A stretch of 64,000 bases of DNA from Paramoeba atlantica (taxonomy: Eukaryota > Protista > Discosea): assembly GCA_977017575.1 (NCBI GenBank), contig CDRNVI010000071.1:62001-126000 (forward strand). The letters are read 5' to 3'. Position numbers and translations under genes: made by a program. Below, piece by piece: positions 42,901-51,717 of the stretch. How positions within the stretch are numbered: position 1 is the first letter of the stretch; every line of letters starts with the position of its first letter. Under the pieces are notes generated by a model, which saw nothing but the letters and a program-made list of their open reading frames with translations, made no database searches and was not told the DNA's origin.

Positions 42901-44539
42901 GCTCCCTTTCGCTGGTTTCATCCCATGATGGAACTCGAAGTTCCGTAGTGTGCGAAGGAGGAGGAAGAGGAGAAGGTCGGACGAGGGGCTCATTGTACCT
43001 AAGCGGTCCATATATCTTACAGCATTTATGCAGACAGCGTAGCTTGGCCGAGCATCGGTGACGACATGGTTCCACGTGTACGGTGTTCTGTGGGTAATGC
43101 GCTGCACTGCTAGGCGTCGCGTCAGGGAGTGGCGCAGGGTTGTGCATAGTGCTATCTTTGTTGTCAGTGCACGTCGCATCCGTGATTTGCACAGTATGTT
43201 GGTTCCCGTTTGTTGGTCCGTTGATGCTAGTATTGGGAAGGCGGTAGAGGTTTATAACGTTACGCATGGCCCAACCAGCCAATTTAGCAGCTTTCCGTAG
43301 GAAATCACTATCGTTGTCGTTGAGGTTTGGTGTTACGGAGTTCTGGTTGATGTCGACCCCCTCTGTTTGGGTTCCCTCGGCAGGTGGGACCATTTGGACA
43401 TCAGGTGGAGGTTGTGTTGCCGGGTTTAACCCGCGTTCTAAAGTTGTGTGAGCGCCCTCCCGTGATATTGCGTTGCATAGCTTCGTTTGTAGATTTTCAT
43501 TTGTAGAAGTCGCGGAAGTTGGAAAGTCCAGATGCGAAGATTTAATGCCTCGTTTACAACATAGATGTCCGCACGTAGCTTTGTTCTTGCAGTAATGACG
43601 ACATGGATGCGGGGCGGAAGGTTCATCATGTACGGTAGGTTTGCGGTGACCGTTCGACGCATGTGTGTTGCATTTTGTATGTGTCGCAGGTTCCGAAGAG
43701 GTGCTTTCCGGCGTATATTTACTTGGATCTCCTGGGTTGGTGTTATTTGCAGTTCCTTCTGGGACGATCTCAGGTGGCAGTGCTCCTTCTGATGAGCAAT
43801 ATGTAGCGTCCTCACTCGGCAGCGGTCCATAGATTTTACAGCACTTGTGAGCACAGGAGAGTTTGCTCAAGCAGCGGTGCTTGCATGGTCCCTTGTGTTG
43901 ATCAGTTTTACCCTTCTGGGGCTTTGGCGTTCGTGGGGGAGCGATTTTATGAGGGGATTCTTCTATCCTGCGCGGCTTCTCGTATTCCGCGGTTTCAGTG
44001 CTTGGTGTTTCCTGGTTTCTTATGAGCTCGATTTTTATGTGCTTCAGTCCCGATATTTCTCTTCCCTGTATGGCCTTCAGGGCTGCCTTATTTAGCGTGC
44101 TTGGGGTGGAATACTTGTCTCGCAGGCTGAGGGCAGGGTCGGTGTGCATCGAGACCCAGTTTGGGTGCAGGGAGATGGTGTAGGGGTGTTCATTCCTCGT
44201 AACCTTTATATAGTCGCACGCGTTATGCTCCACGAGCTCCTCAAAGGTGGTGTGTTCAGCTACGAGATCGTGTGCTGATGCACACTTACTCAGCAGTTTC
44301 GTGATAGCTACTTCCGCACCTTGTCGGGATGGAATTCTTTGTCTGACTATGGACCATTGGCTCGCGGTCTTAATGTCCGGGAAATACGTCCAATGCAGAT
44401 CAGTGAGGCGTCGTATCTTAACGGGCCGTGATCTGCTGTGGACGAAGTGCAGGGTTTGCGTCTGTACGCCGCCGGAAGCTCGAGGGAGGTCCGGCAGCGC
44501 ATCGTCAACATTCCGCGGAGAAGTGGGATTGTCGGACAT
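39953..44539 (-). CDS. Single ORF: 3 Cys/His zinc-finger repeats + RT + CCHC knuckle + RLE nuclease
   Basis: APGRD, NWRPISL, QKGF, FDLSNAFGSVPH, GVLQGDTLSPIIF, AYVDDL; CPICKLEPQTTRHVLSGC, RHD, RPD, IIELTV. Uninterrupted; first ATG inside the element at 44539. Confidence 0.93.
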   Translation of the reverse strand: MSDNPTSPRNVDDALPDLPRASGGVQTQTLHFVHSRSRPVKIRRLTDLHWTYFPDIKTASQWSIVRQRIPSRQGAEVAITKLLSKCASAHDLVAEHTTFEELVEHNACDYIKVTRNEHPYTISLHPNWVSMHTDPALSLRDKYSTPSTLNKAALKAIQGREISGLKHIKIELIRNQETPSTETAEYEKPRRIEESPHKIAPPRTPKPQKGKTDQHKGPCKHRCLSKLSCAHKCCKIYGPLPSEDATYCSSEGALPPEIVPEGTANNTNPGDPSKYTPESTSSEPATHTKCNTHASNGHRKPTVHDEPSAPHPCRHYCKNKATCGHLCCKRGIKSSHLDFPTSATSTNENLQTKLCNAISREGAHTTLERGLNPATQPPPDVQMVPPAEGTQTEGVDINQNSVTPNLNDNDSDFLRKAAKLAGWAMRNVINLYRLPNTSINGPTNGNQHTVQITDATCTDNKDSTMHNPAPLPDATPSSAAHYPQNTVHVEPCRHRCSAKLRCLHKCCKIYGPLRYNEPLVRPSPLPPPSHTTELRVPSWDETSERERLHLLEQHKIITGGKMCLKLNDDQWKAVENKAYDTCRRLQYPTVDTPEIAVKNAELLGASLAVAAYEIAQEINPTKGFLTRSKRGHARFKHRPLSSENAAHEMTKHIRNQKKSLRYTHGTERQELRRCIKESEKLEKTYTEEAKAHRKQLERQWAHSRFTRNPWTAASEALDRPSTSATAEYPECDLPTIEKYFTESTAPPAEEHRLPPNNVLGPLPINEMEWSPLTAQDVADALSSKRSASAPGRDTITNALLKQCKYLYPRIANTFNDLLRYGICPPCWSSAVVKLIHKGGEKHIPKNWRPISLTSALGKLFNSMIGHQILTHTVSSGLLDTSVQKGFLPKMSGTLEHTQALSEILQYYRRNKRQYRLTQFDLSNAFGSVPHNIIFEALRWANVSPQIVSYVESMYSHAEMRIKCVEGLSRAIPIHRGVLQGDTLSPIIFNLVMETVLRYLKQSCPRYGLDYPDTPRHFLKAYVDDLTILTSSDTDMQHATNTLETALRRIGLSINVDKSRTQCMSMREGSEHPGYMTRKPRLSIEGKAIPHICDRGSTFLGMTIAPGAQQAKELFKKLDVRLRTWLRNVDESAHSLPEKLWIYNRAIVSRLRYALTVHPCVTFNFVLRLQKRITRHLKKWINAASTTCTEILYTERGWNLKSLSKLWSECSILALTQMHKSRDPSIQAALRARIKQEEEKRSSGYIRPSADAIQHLHDARKAQQIARDNHESYVINQLQRRAPTAAKWWSLPSEADLAKEFSAALNNLNSEKLSRFAASVLTLSPLPSRTNLRLWGLRRASVTCPICKLEPQTTRHVLSGCKESLQQGRYTLRHDMLLEELGKHLMRSPYTKSVHLDIPGFRNAPAWLGTREDLLRPDGLITLKDGSEFIIELTVPWEENQSQAHEGKSRKYNALFHERRINHPRTTLVVFEVGARGSLLTSCRNLNLLFDEDTKLAEKCRESLMQTALRGSFIIWQNRESAVWTEGRV

Positions 44540-44567
44540 GTTGGAGATACAGTTTAGAAAAAAAAAA

Positions 44568-44596
44568 CAACAAGGTACAGAAACTGTATCTTTATC
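44568..44596 (-). ncRNA. Spliced-leader-exon-like 29-mer at the LINE 5' end
   Basis: Identical to 12980-13008; followed by T10 rather than a GT donor. Confidence 0.7.
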
Positions 44597-44607
44597 TTTA
44601 TTTATGA

Positions 44608-44891
44608 AATTTGACGACTGACAAGGGAAGAAAGATAAAGTCCAATTGTCCACGAATATAGGTTTCTACTTCAAGTAAATCCCAATTAATGCTTCGTACC
44701 TTCTCGGTTTCTAAGCATTCTATCCCTTTCCAAGCACAGGCGGGAGTAGCAGTGCTCCACGTAGGATGACGATGGGATACATTAAGCAAAAGTCGATCGA
44801 GATCATATTCTTGAGGCAATTGTGTGCCGCGTATTTTATGACCACGACGATCGAGAGAACTCGTTATCTCGGCAAGCATGACCTTTTTCAT
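44608..44891 (-). pseudogene. 5' half of the LRR gene split by the non-LTR element
   Basis: GHKIRGTQLPQEYDL motif, WSTATPACAWKGIEC cap, ends ...LPLSVVK at the TSD. Confidence 0.85.
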
Positions 44892-44950
44892 GGGAGAGGA
44901 AAGAACATGAATTTTATTCACTGAAGTGATCAAAAAGTAAAAGTAATGTA

Positions 44951-46124
44951 AAGGGGGAGCTCGTTTATTGTTAAAATTTTTTTCGTGCATTTTTTGCTAA
45001 CAATAATCGAACTTTTACCCCCCAATGTTAACATTATACGAGTTACAATGAAAGTTCGAATATTGTTAACAATGAGGAGTATTTGGGCACTCTCTGGAGG
45101 TCGCTGAAGGTCACTGGCAATCGCCGGAGCTACTAACGACTTTCCAATGACACCTCTTTAGGGAACTACGCAGTTTTCAATTGCCATACAGTTTCACCCA
45201 AAACTGAGTTATGCGAATCGAAGTGCGATGTCGGGTGAGGTACCGTTTACTTGCCTTCTCAACGTTTTATCTCTGGAGGATGCCGTCGTCGGGCGACTGA
45301 AAGTCCGTTGCTTCAATAACATTGCTTCGCATATCGTTAAGCGCATCATTTTCCTTATCATGAACGCTATAAAACATGACCATAGGGAACAAAAAAATTC
45401 AAAAGCCACACGAAAAAACCGAAATTAATTCATTGTTAACAATGGACACTATGCAGTTGTCCACTGCCATCCGGTGCCATCCAGTACCATCCAAAACGGA
45501 GATATGAGCGAGGACCGAAGACCGCTTTTTTCGATTTTGAGGACCGAAACTTTCCATTTCCGCCGGATGTTGTAGGACAAGTGATGGCCATGATATGAAA
45601 AAGCGGCTAATGTCGGATTCAATTGTACTCATTTTTCAAAAACACGTCTTTTCCTTTCCTTTTGCAAAATAAGATATTTTCTCGGTCTCTTCTTGTGCGT
45701 TCTCTGTCATGTACATGTCTGGACTTGAGTTGAATTTTAAAGTGAAAGCATGATGGAGACACACCAAAAACTTTTGAAGATTTTTTGCGTTGTGACCGAA
45801 GAGAAATGTCTTCACGATCACGAGGGTGGGAAAGTTCTTGACTCTGTTTCCAGTATTTGTTGGAGGCGATGTAAGCACGTCAGTTTCAGAAAAAGATTGT
45901 TTCGATTACTTCCTTACTTTTATTCCGATGTGCGCAAACCGTCCCACAAATTTTAGTTTTGGGTACTTGCAGTACACAAGTACATAATTTTTTTTTTGGA
46001 CACAAAAATTAGTCATCCAGTGCCATCCAAATCTTCATAGTGTCCAATAATCGAATGTTAACAATAAATGAATTTATTGATTGTTAACAATAATCGAATG
46101 TTAACAATAAACGAGCCCCCCCTT
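44951..46124. mobile_element. TA-flanked TIR element (1.17 kb), no intact transposase
   Basis: aagggggagctcgtttattgttaa vs reverse complement of the right end, 23/24 match; subterminal aacaataatcgaa repeats at both ends; internal ccatcc repeats. Confidence 0.8.
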
Positions 46125-46548
46125 TACGTTCACACTTATTTAAGCGCACATCACGAATAACAATGCAAGTATGAGGTCAGGTGTTGCGTGATCGCACATG
46201 ATCTCATTTGAGACTCTGTTCGATGCGCCAAGGCGATGAAGGTTTAGCGTGACTCATCATATTTCAAATAAAAAAGGTAAAGACAGATTGTATGAGCTAC
46301 AACACATTTCATCTATCAGGAGGATGTCCGTTAACAAGAAGAATAAACACATTATTTATTAATCTCAATAGCAGCAAGACGTCACTGTGTCAGCAAATAG
46401 CATAAAAGATCTTTTATTACCTTCTAGCGTCCCACGAACTAAAGATTCCGAATCACACAACCTTGTCCAATTTATACAAAATGTAATACAAAACACCTCA
46501 TGACCCAGTTTACGAAAAAAAGGAAGCTATAATTTTCTGCAAGAATCC

Positions 46549-49263
46549 TTACGCAAAAAGAGCATTTGATTTTGATGCTTCTGAGGACTTTAAAGACATG
46601 GTATCGTTTTCTCCATACTCTTCCTCTTCCGTCCCGAGTCCCTGCCGCAGACATGTCATAGTACGCACGAACTGGTCCTCCACTTGATCTTGCTGCTGCT
46701 GCAAATGTTTCGTCACAAAGGACCGCGTCTCGCTTGCAGCGCTATCGGTGTGCTGCACAACCGTTGCCATGTCATTCTCCATTTGCTTTGCTAATTGACC
46801 CAATCGAGTGTCGAAATCGGTACGACAAAGCTGCATGACACGTTTTATGATTTTCGCCATATCCTCGGGGCGCACACACGAGGAATGCAAGGACTCTTGT
46901 TCTTTCTTTTTTAATGCATCGCTCAAGCTTTGCTGCTGCTGTTGATGGAAAAGTTGCGACTCTACTTGTTTTTTTACAACTTGCTGAATATGTTCTTCTG
47001 TTTTCTTTTCGGATTCATTTTCTTTATCTTCTGGTGTGACATTCGATACGCGATCACGCCTAAGGGAAGGTTGAGCCGAAGCGACCAACGTTTTATTCTC
47101 TGCAAGCCATTCTTGTACGACGCGATGGATGTGAGGTCGTAGAAAATTTTCATCGAGAATTTCCTTGTTCCTTTCCTCCATGTCTTGCTTATTAGGAAGT
47201 GAATTTGTCGCGACTTGTAGTTTTTCAAGACAGCCTGTGATGGTACTTAGCGCATTTTCCATTTGGGATAGACGAGAGGATTGGGTCTCGACAGCGTGTC
47301 GCAAATCCTGCATGTGGGACGAAAAGGTTTTTTCAAACTTTGAAACGCTCTCAAGTGCGGAGGCTATTTTATCTTGAGATGCGGTTTGTGGAGAAGGACT
47401 GGAGAGTTGCTTTTGATTCGTTTCAGAGGATACGGATGGAATGGGGGATACCGTTTTCAAACCCGTAGCTGCGTTACCTACAGGAGAAAAGGAAAAAGAA
47501 AAGAGATTTGTATCACTCGATGATTTCCGACTTTCAGGTTTATGTGTAGCAGATTCGGAGAGAGCCGCGCTTTTAAAAGAAAATGTGTTCGTTGAAGAAC
47601 CTGAAGAAACGGTGCTCAATTTTTCAGGAAATGATTTTTCACTTTCTGGGAAATAAAAGTGTCGACTACCATCAAGTTTTTGGTTAACGTGTGTTCTGTG
47701 TTGCTCTGCAGTTGCGGGAGAGAAATGAGATGGGAGTGTAGGGGAGTCCCATTTGAATGCTAACTCTACATCTTTTTGAGACTGAAGTTCCTTCTTGGAG
47801 GGAAGTACGTCAACAGGTTCACTTTCAACAGCGGAAAGAGAAGAGGTGACCTTAGGGGATGACTCAGTTTTTGTGGCATGTAAATGAGTAGCGTCCAGTT
47901 TTTCTTCTAGCCTCTCTTCGGCATGCGTCAATTGTGGATCATTCAGTTCGGTGAACTTCTGTTCACCGTCTTCTTCCCTTTGTTTACTGTCTTTCAATAT
48001 TGGAGAATTCTCAGTCGAAATAGCTTCAGAGTTCTCCTTTCGTTCGCAAGTATCACTTTTTTCACTCTTTATAAAATTGGGTGGCTTCATACCCTCAGGG
48101 CTTTGCAGACGGAAAAGTCGTTTCGTCGCACACGGCCAGCAATCACTGCGCACTTCAGTTTTGCCGTTTAGGTGACTTCCCTTCAGATCCTTGCTTTTGA
48201 GACATACGGTACACAGCCATATCGGTAAAATGTCTGACACAGAACTACTTGCTTTCGATTCCAGAATATTGGCTAAGGATGGAGATTGTGCAACACCGGA
48301 AGACTCTTTACACACTTCAGAAGACTTTTCTTCTTTTTTAAGATTATGGGGTTCGGTAAAATCAATTGTCATCTTGGCTGGACAAGGCGGTTCGATCGGT
48401 GTGATTTTCGTCGGCACGGTTTCCAAAGTTGTTGGAGGCTTCTCACTCGTTTTCGGTTTAGAAGTGAATTGAAACGCGGAATTGGAAAAAGGATTCGATG
48501 ATGTAGAGGAAAGTGATAGTTTTGAAAAATCAAAAGGGGACAGTTTGGAAGATTTTTCTTCTTGAGCTGCTGATATGTTCTGTTCGACATCCGGAACTGT
48601 GCTCTTCACCTCTTCCTGTGGTTCTATTTTTACAGCGGAAGTGTTGGGCAAATTTTTCTCACCCCTAGTGGAAGATTCAGAAAGTTTTTCATCAGTTTCA
48701 GGAACTAGACGAAATAATCTTTTCGTTGCACACGGCCAACAATCACTGCGCACTTCGGTTTTGCCGTTTAGATGATTCCCGCGAAGGTCTTTTACCTTTT
48801 CACAGACTGCGCATCTCCATACCATTTTCACCTCTTCACCTTTTTTAGTTTCTGAGAGATGTGCTATCTTGCTTTCAGAGCTCTTTTTATTTTCAGGAGT
48901 GCGTTCATTCTGTTTTGCGAGAGTGACCTTATTAAAGCCTTGCTTGTCCGAAGGACTCACCTCTTGTGAGACGACTGTAGTTAGATTTCCTTTTTCAATA
49001 GAAGACGTGTTGCTCCACAAAGTAGACTCAAGCTTAGTGTTTTGAGTTGTCTCTTTTGAATTGTCGCTCGTAGTAGGGGAGGAAGAAGATTCCTTATCAT
49101 CTTTGGAGGACTGCGAAGATATTGTTTTCCGGATAAATAATCTTTTGGTCGCACACGGCCAGCAATCGCTGCGGACTTGAGTGCGTCCTGCGAGATGACC
49201 TCCCTTGAGGTCTTTATTCTTATGGCAAACAGCGCATTCCCACACGTCTAGGTTGCTTTGCAT
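46549..49263 (-). CDS. Protein with three C4 zinc-finger-like repeats, FxF-rich spacer and C-terminal coiled coil (possible nucleoporin)
   Basis: WxCxVCxKxKDL(K/R)GxHLxGxTxVRSDCWPCATKRLF x3; PFDF, AFQF, TFSF, FSFSF motifs. Confidence 0.7.
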   Translation of the reverse strand: MQSNLDVWECAVCHKNKDLKGGHLAGRTQVRSDCWPCATKRLFIRKTISSQSSKDDKESSSSPTTSDNSKETTQNTKLESTLWSNTSSIEKGNLTTVVSQEVSPSDKQGFNKVTLAKQNERTPENKKSSESKIAHLSETKKGEEVKMVWRCAVCEKVKDLRGNHLNGKTEVRSDCWPCATKRLFRLVPETDEKLSESSTRGEKNLPNTSAVKIEPQEEVKSTVPDVEQNISAAQEEKSSKLSPFDFSKLSLSSTSSNPFSNSAFQFTSKPKTSEKPPTTLETVPTKITPIEPPCPAKMTIDFTEPHNLKKEEKSSEVCKESSGVAQSPSLANILESKASSSVSDILPIWLCTVCLKSKDLKGSHLNGKTEVRSDCWPCATKRLFRLQSPEGMKPPNFIKSEKSDTCERKENSEAISTENSPILKDSKQREEDGEQKFTELNDPQLTHAEERLEEKLDATHLHATKTESSPKVTSSLSAVESEPVDVLPSKKELQSQKDVELAFKWDSPTLPSHFSPATAEQHRTHVNQKLDGSRHFYFPESEKSFPEKLSTVSSGSSTNTFSFKSAALSESATHKPESRKSSSDTNLFSFSFSPVGNAATGLKTVSPIPSVSSETNQKQLSSPSPQTASQDKIASALESVSKFEKTFSSHMQDLRHAVETQSSRLSQMENALSTITGCLEKLQVATNSLPNKQDMEERNKEILDENFLRPHIHRVVQEWLAENKTLVASAQPSLRRDRVSNVTPEDKENESEKKTEEHIQQVVKKQVESQLFHQQQQQSLSDALKKKEQESLHSSCVRPEDMAKIIKRVMQLCRTDFDTRLGQLAKQMENDMATVVQHTDSAASETRSFVTKHLQQQQDQVEDQFVRTMTCLRQGLGTEEEEYGENDTMSLKSSEASKSNALFA

Positions 49264-49620
49264 GTATTAAGATAGCTGGGGTAAAAAATTTAACCAGTAA
49301 AAGCTTTGTTTCTCTTTCTTGAAGTGTGAAGGGAAATAAAAATGGATGAATCATATGAGAAGTATAGGATCATACAAATGTGTCATGTATGCTTGCAAAA
49401 AAAGTTCTATTTTTAATTCATTCTAGTGAACGGTATAGTCGAACCCCAAACTTAGCTTTTTGTGTATAGCACACAAAAAGAAGAAAGATCCATGAAAATT
49501 TCTAGTAAAACCTTTTTTTTGCCAACGCTTCGTAACATACATGTGTACATGTGCATGAGGTTTTATGAGGTATCAAGCAGTTTTCACCTTCGTTGCGGAG
49601 CCTTTGCGTTGTTGCTGCCG

Positions 49621-51306
49621 TCACCCATAATAATTCACCATGGGTTTTCCTAAAACGGTAATCCCGACCGCTTTTTTGTACGCGATCTCCTCATCCGCGT
49701 CAAAGTGGTCCAGACACCAGTCCCCGGAGATCCCCCGGTTATCGGTGTTGACAAAAAGAGACGCCTCCTTGTGTTTAGCAAAAATGCGCTTGAGAGGGAC
49801 TTCATAGTTCGCGGTGCCAAAAATAAGGTCCGGATCCACACAGGATTGGTTCCGTAGCCGAAGTAAAGTCTCGGAGGCCTTCTCACGTTTACTCCCGACC
49901 AAGGCCTCGTTGGGGGGAACGCTTTCTGAAAATGTCGGAACAGAATAGGTGAAGGAAACGTGAGTTTCGGAAGATTCTGAGGCCGGATGGGTCGCATGTG
50001 ATGAGGCATGGAGCTTATCAGATTCAGCTGTGGCATTCGTTGAGACCACAACCTCTTCCTTCTTTTTTCGTTCCAATTCTTGTGTCTCATGGGACGCTTC
50101 AGGAAACAGTGATCGTACCGTTCGATCGGCATTCGAACTCTTTGGGAGGAGGGGTTCGATCGCAGTGTCCTCTGCGGGGAAAAGAAACGAGGGAAGAAAG
50201 GAGTGCGCCAAATTTCGTTTCACAGGATCAACTCCCGATTTATCTGTGTCGGGATGGCTTGATGGTAGCTGTGCGACAGGTTCCTCTCTCTGTGTGGTTT
50301 TGTTGGAAATAGAATCGGTAGAAATTGCACTCGAAGGCAATAAATTTTGTTCTCCCTGCCTTTGGGAAACATACGCCGAGTGCGTTTCCTTCTCCCTTGT
50401 TGTTGCCCCCATAACTTGTTTTTCTGTCGTTGAATGACTCAACTCCGACACATTCTTCTGCGTGTCTTCCGTTTCTGCACTTTTTGAAAACGCAGGGGCT
50501 TGACTTCTTGGCATGTTTCGCACACCCGAGTTCGCTCGGGACGTAGACACCGCTGGGGAAACCGAAACATACGACGTCCCGGGCCCTACATGAGCTCCTT
50601 TGTCGTTTTCTCCCTCTCCTCCCCCCCCTTCTCGATTCCGACCCCTTTCGGAGAGGTTCGGAAGCGTTTCCTTTTCTCTTCGATGCTGGGAGAGACTTGC
50701 GCTTTTTTTGTAGCCCTGAGCAAGAATGCCTTTCTCCGCAGGCTGTGGAGAAGACAGCGGAACAGGGGAGGGAAGCGTACGTGGAAATGGAGCGTTTGAC
50801 TTTGTGCTGATATTTCGCTCCGGAAGAAGCGTACGTGGGGGCACGGACGAAGGCACAGCAACCGCAGCAGCAGCAGAAGAAGAAACAGAAGTCGAGATAC
50901 CACTCGAGGGAGAGGGCATGCTTTTTCCCGGGGGTGGGATTTTATGCCCCCCAAGCCGTGTCGTGGAGGGGGAAAGCGTTGTGATGGGATTCGTGCGCGT
51001 ACTTCCGACAGTATTTCCCGCGAGCTGCGAACTCGAACCCCCGGAGGGGTTTTGTAACTGCTGGAGTGTCTTGGTGATATTCTTCTGTACCGTAGGGACG
51101 GGACGTCGGGCGATTTGCTCCAGTGCGGACAGAGAAGGGGGGTAGGCGAACTCAGGGTGAAGGTTACAGGTGGGTCGAGGGGGGAGGGAAGAGGAGGGTT
51201 CTCCCATTAATATGCGGAACGCGAGATCCTCGGTGTCCGCCTCGTCGCACCAGAAAGCAGTGGCAGTGGAGGCAGAGGCGGGTAGGGTAGGCTCTGTCAT
51301 GTGCAA
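49621..51306 (-). CDS. Disordered protein with C-terminal INCENP IN-box-like motif
   Basis: VDPDLIFG...VPLKRIF...RGISGDWCLDHFDADEEIAYKKAVG resembles the INCENP Aurora-binding consensus DPxxIFG..LxxIF..RxSSxxW..D...E...YK..G (recognised by eye). Confidence 0.6.
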   Translation of the reverse strand: MHMTEPTLPASASTATAFWCDEADTEDLAFRILMGEPSSSLPPRPTCNLHPEFAYPPSLSALEQIARRPVPTVQKNITKTLQQLQNPSGGSSSQLAGNTVGSTRTNPITTLSPSTTRLGGHKIPPPGKSMPSPSSGISTSVSSSAAAAVAVPSSVPPRTLLPERNISTKSNAPFPRTLPSPVPLSSPQPAEKGILAQGYKKSASLSQHRREKETLPNLSERGRNREGGGGEGENDKGAHVGPGTSYVSVSPAVSTSRANSGVRNMPRSQAPAFSKSAETEDTQKNVSELSHSTTEKQVMGATTREKETHSAYVSQRQGEQNLLPSSAISTDSISNKTTQREEPVAQLPSSHPDTDKSGVDPVKRNLAHSFLPSFLFPAEDTAIEPLLPKSSNADRTVRSLFPEASHETQELERKKKEEVVVSTNATAESDKLHASSHATHPASESSETHVSFTYSVPTFSESVPPNEALVGSKREKASETLLRLRNQSCVDPDLIFGTANYEVPLKRIFAKHKEASLFVNTDNRGISGDWCLDHFDADEEIAYKKAVGITVLGKPMVNYYG

Positions 51307-51717
51307 TGATAGGGAGGGGCTTTCTTTTGTGTCAAGTTCGGTGGGTGTGCTTCAGTTTAAGGGGAAAGTGAAGGGGTTGGGATAAAGGAATGTGGAGAAA
51401 AAGAATAAAAACCGTGTAAAAAATATGTGTAGCGATAAATAACATCAAGTCATAGTTCTTGTACAATTTTTAGAGATAAGAAAGGAATTTAAGCACCAAT
51501 TTCAATAGAATGCTCTTTACAAATCTCCAAAGCCTACTTCTGGCCTTACTTGTTAAATAATACGCCAGCTCAAGAATTTTCTTCCTCTTACTTCTTACTT
51601 AGAATACTTTTCCCTTCTTTGCATCTTTCTTGTCTTCTGTCTTGAAAAGCGATCCAGAAATTGAAAATACAAAGGAGGTTACAAAAGAAAAGAACCCAGA
51701 CCAGGGACTTTCCCCCA

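Larger units (their letters stand above)
39871..44607 (-). mobile_element. Full-length non-LTR retrotransposon with restriction-like endonuclease (R2 superclade), 5-bp TSD AAATT
   Basis: aattt at 39866-39870 and 44608-44612 flank the element; removal restores LPLSVV-KLNCVN in the host LRR gene. Confidence 0.9.

Noticed and set aside
44540-44653. N-terminal extension of the 1566-aa ORF
   Set aside because: It reads through the host LRR sequence, the TSD and the SL-like head, so it is a chimera across the insertion junction.
45209-45956. Short ORFs inside the 1.17-kb TIR element as a transposase
   Set aside because: No DDE or HTH motif recognised in any listed frame.
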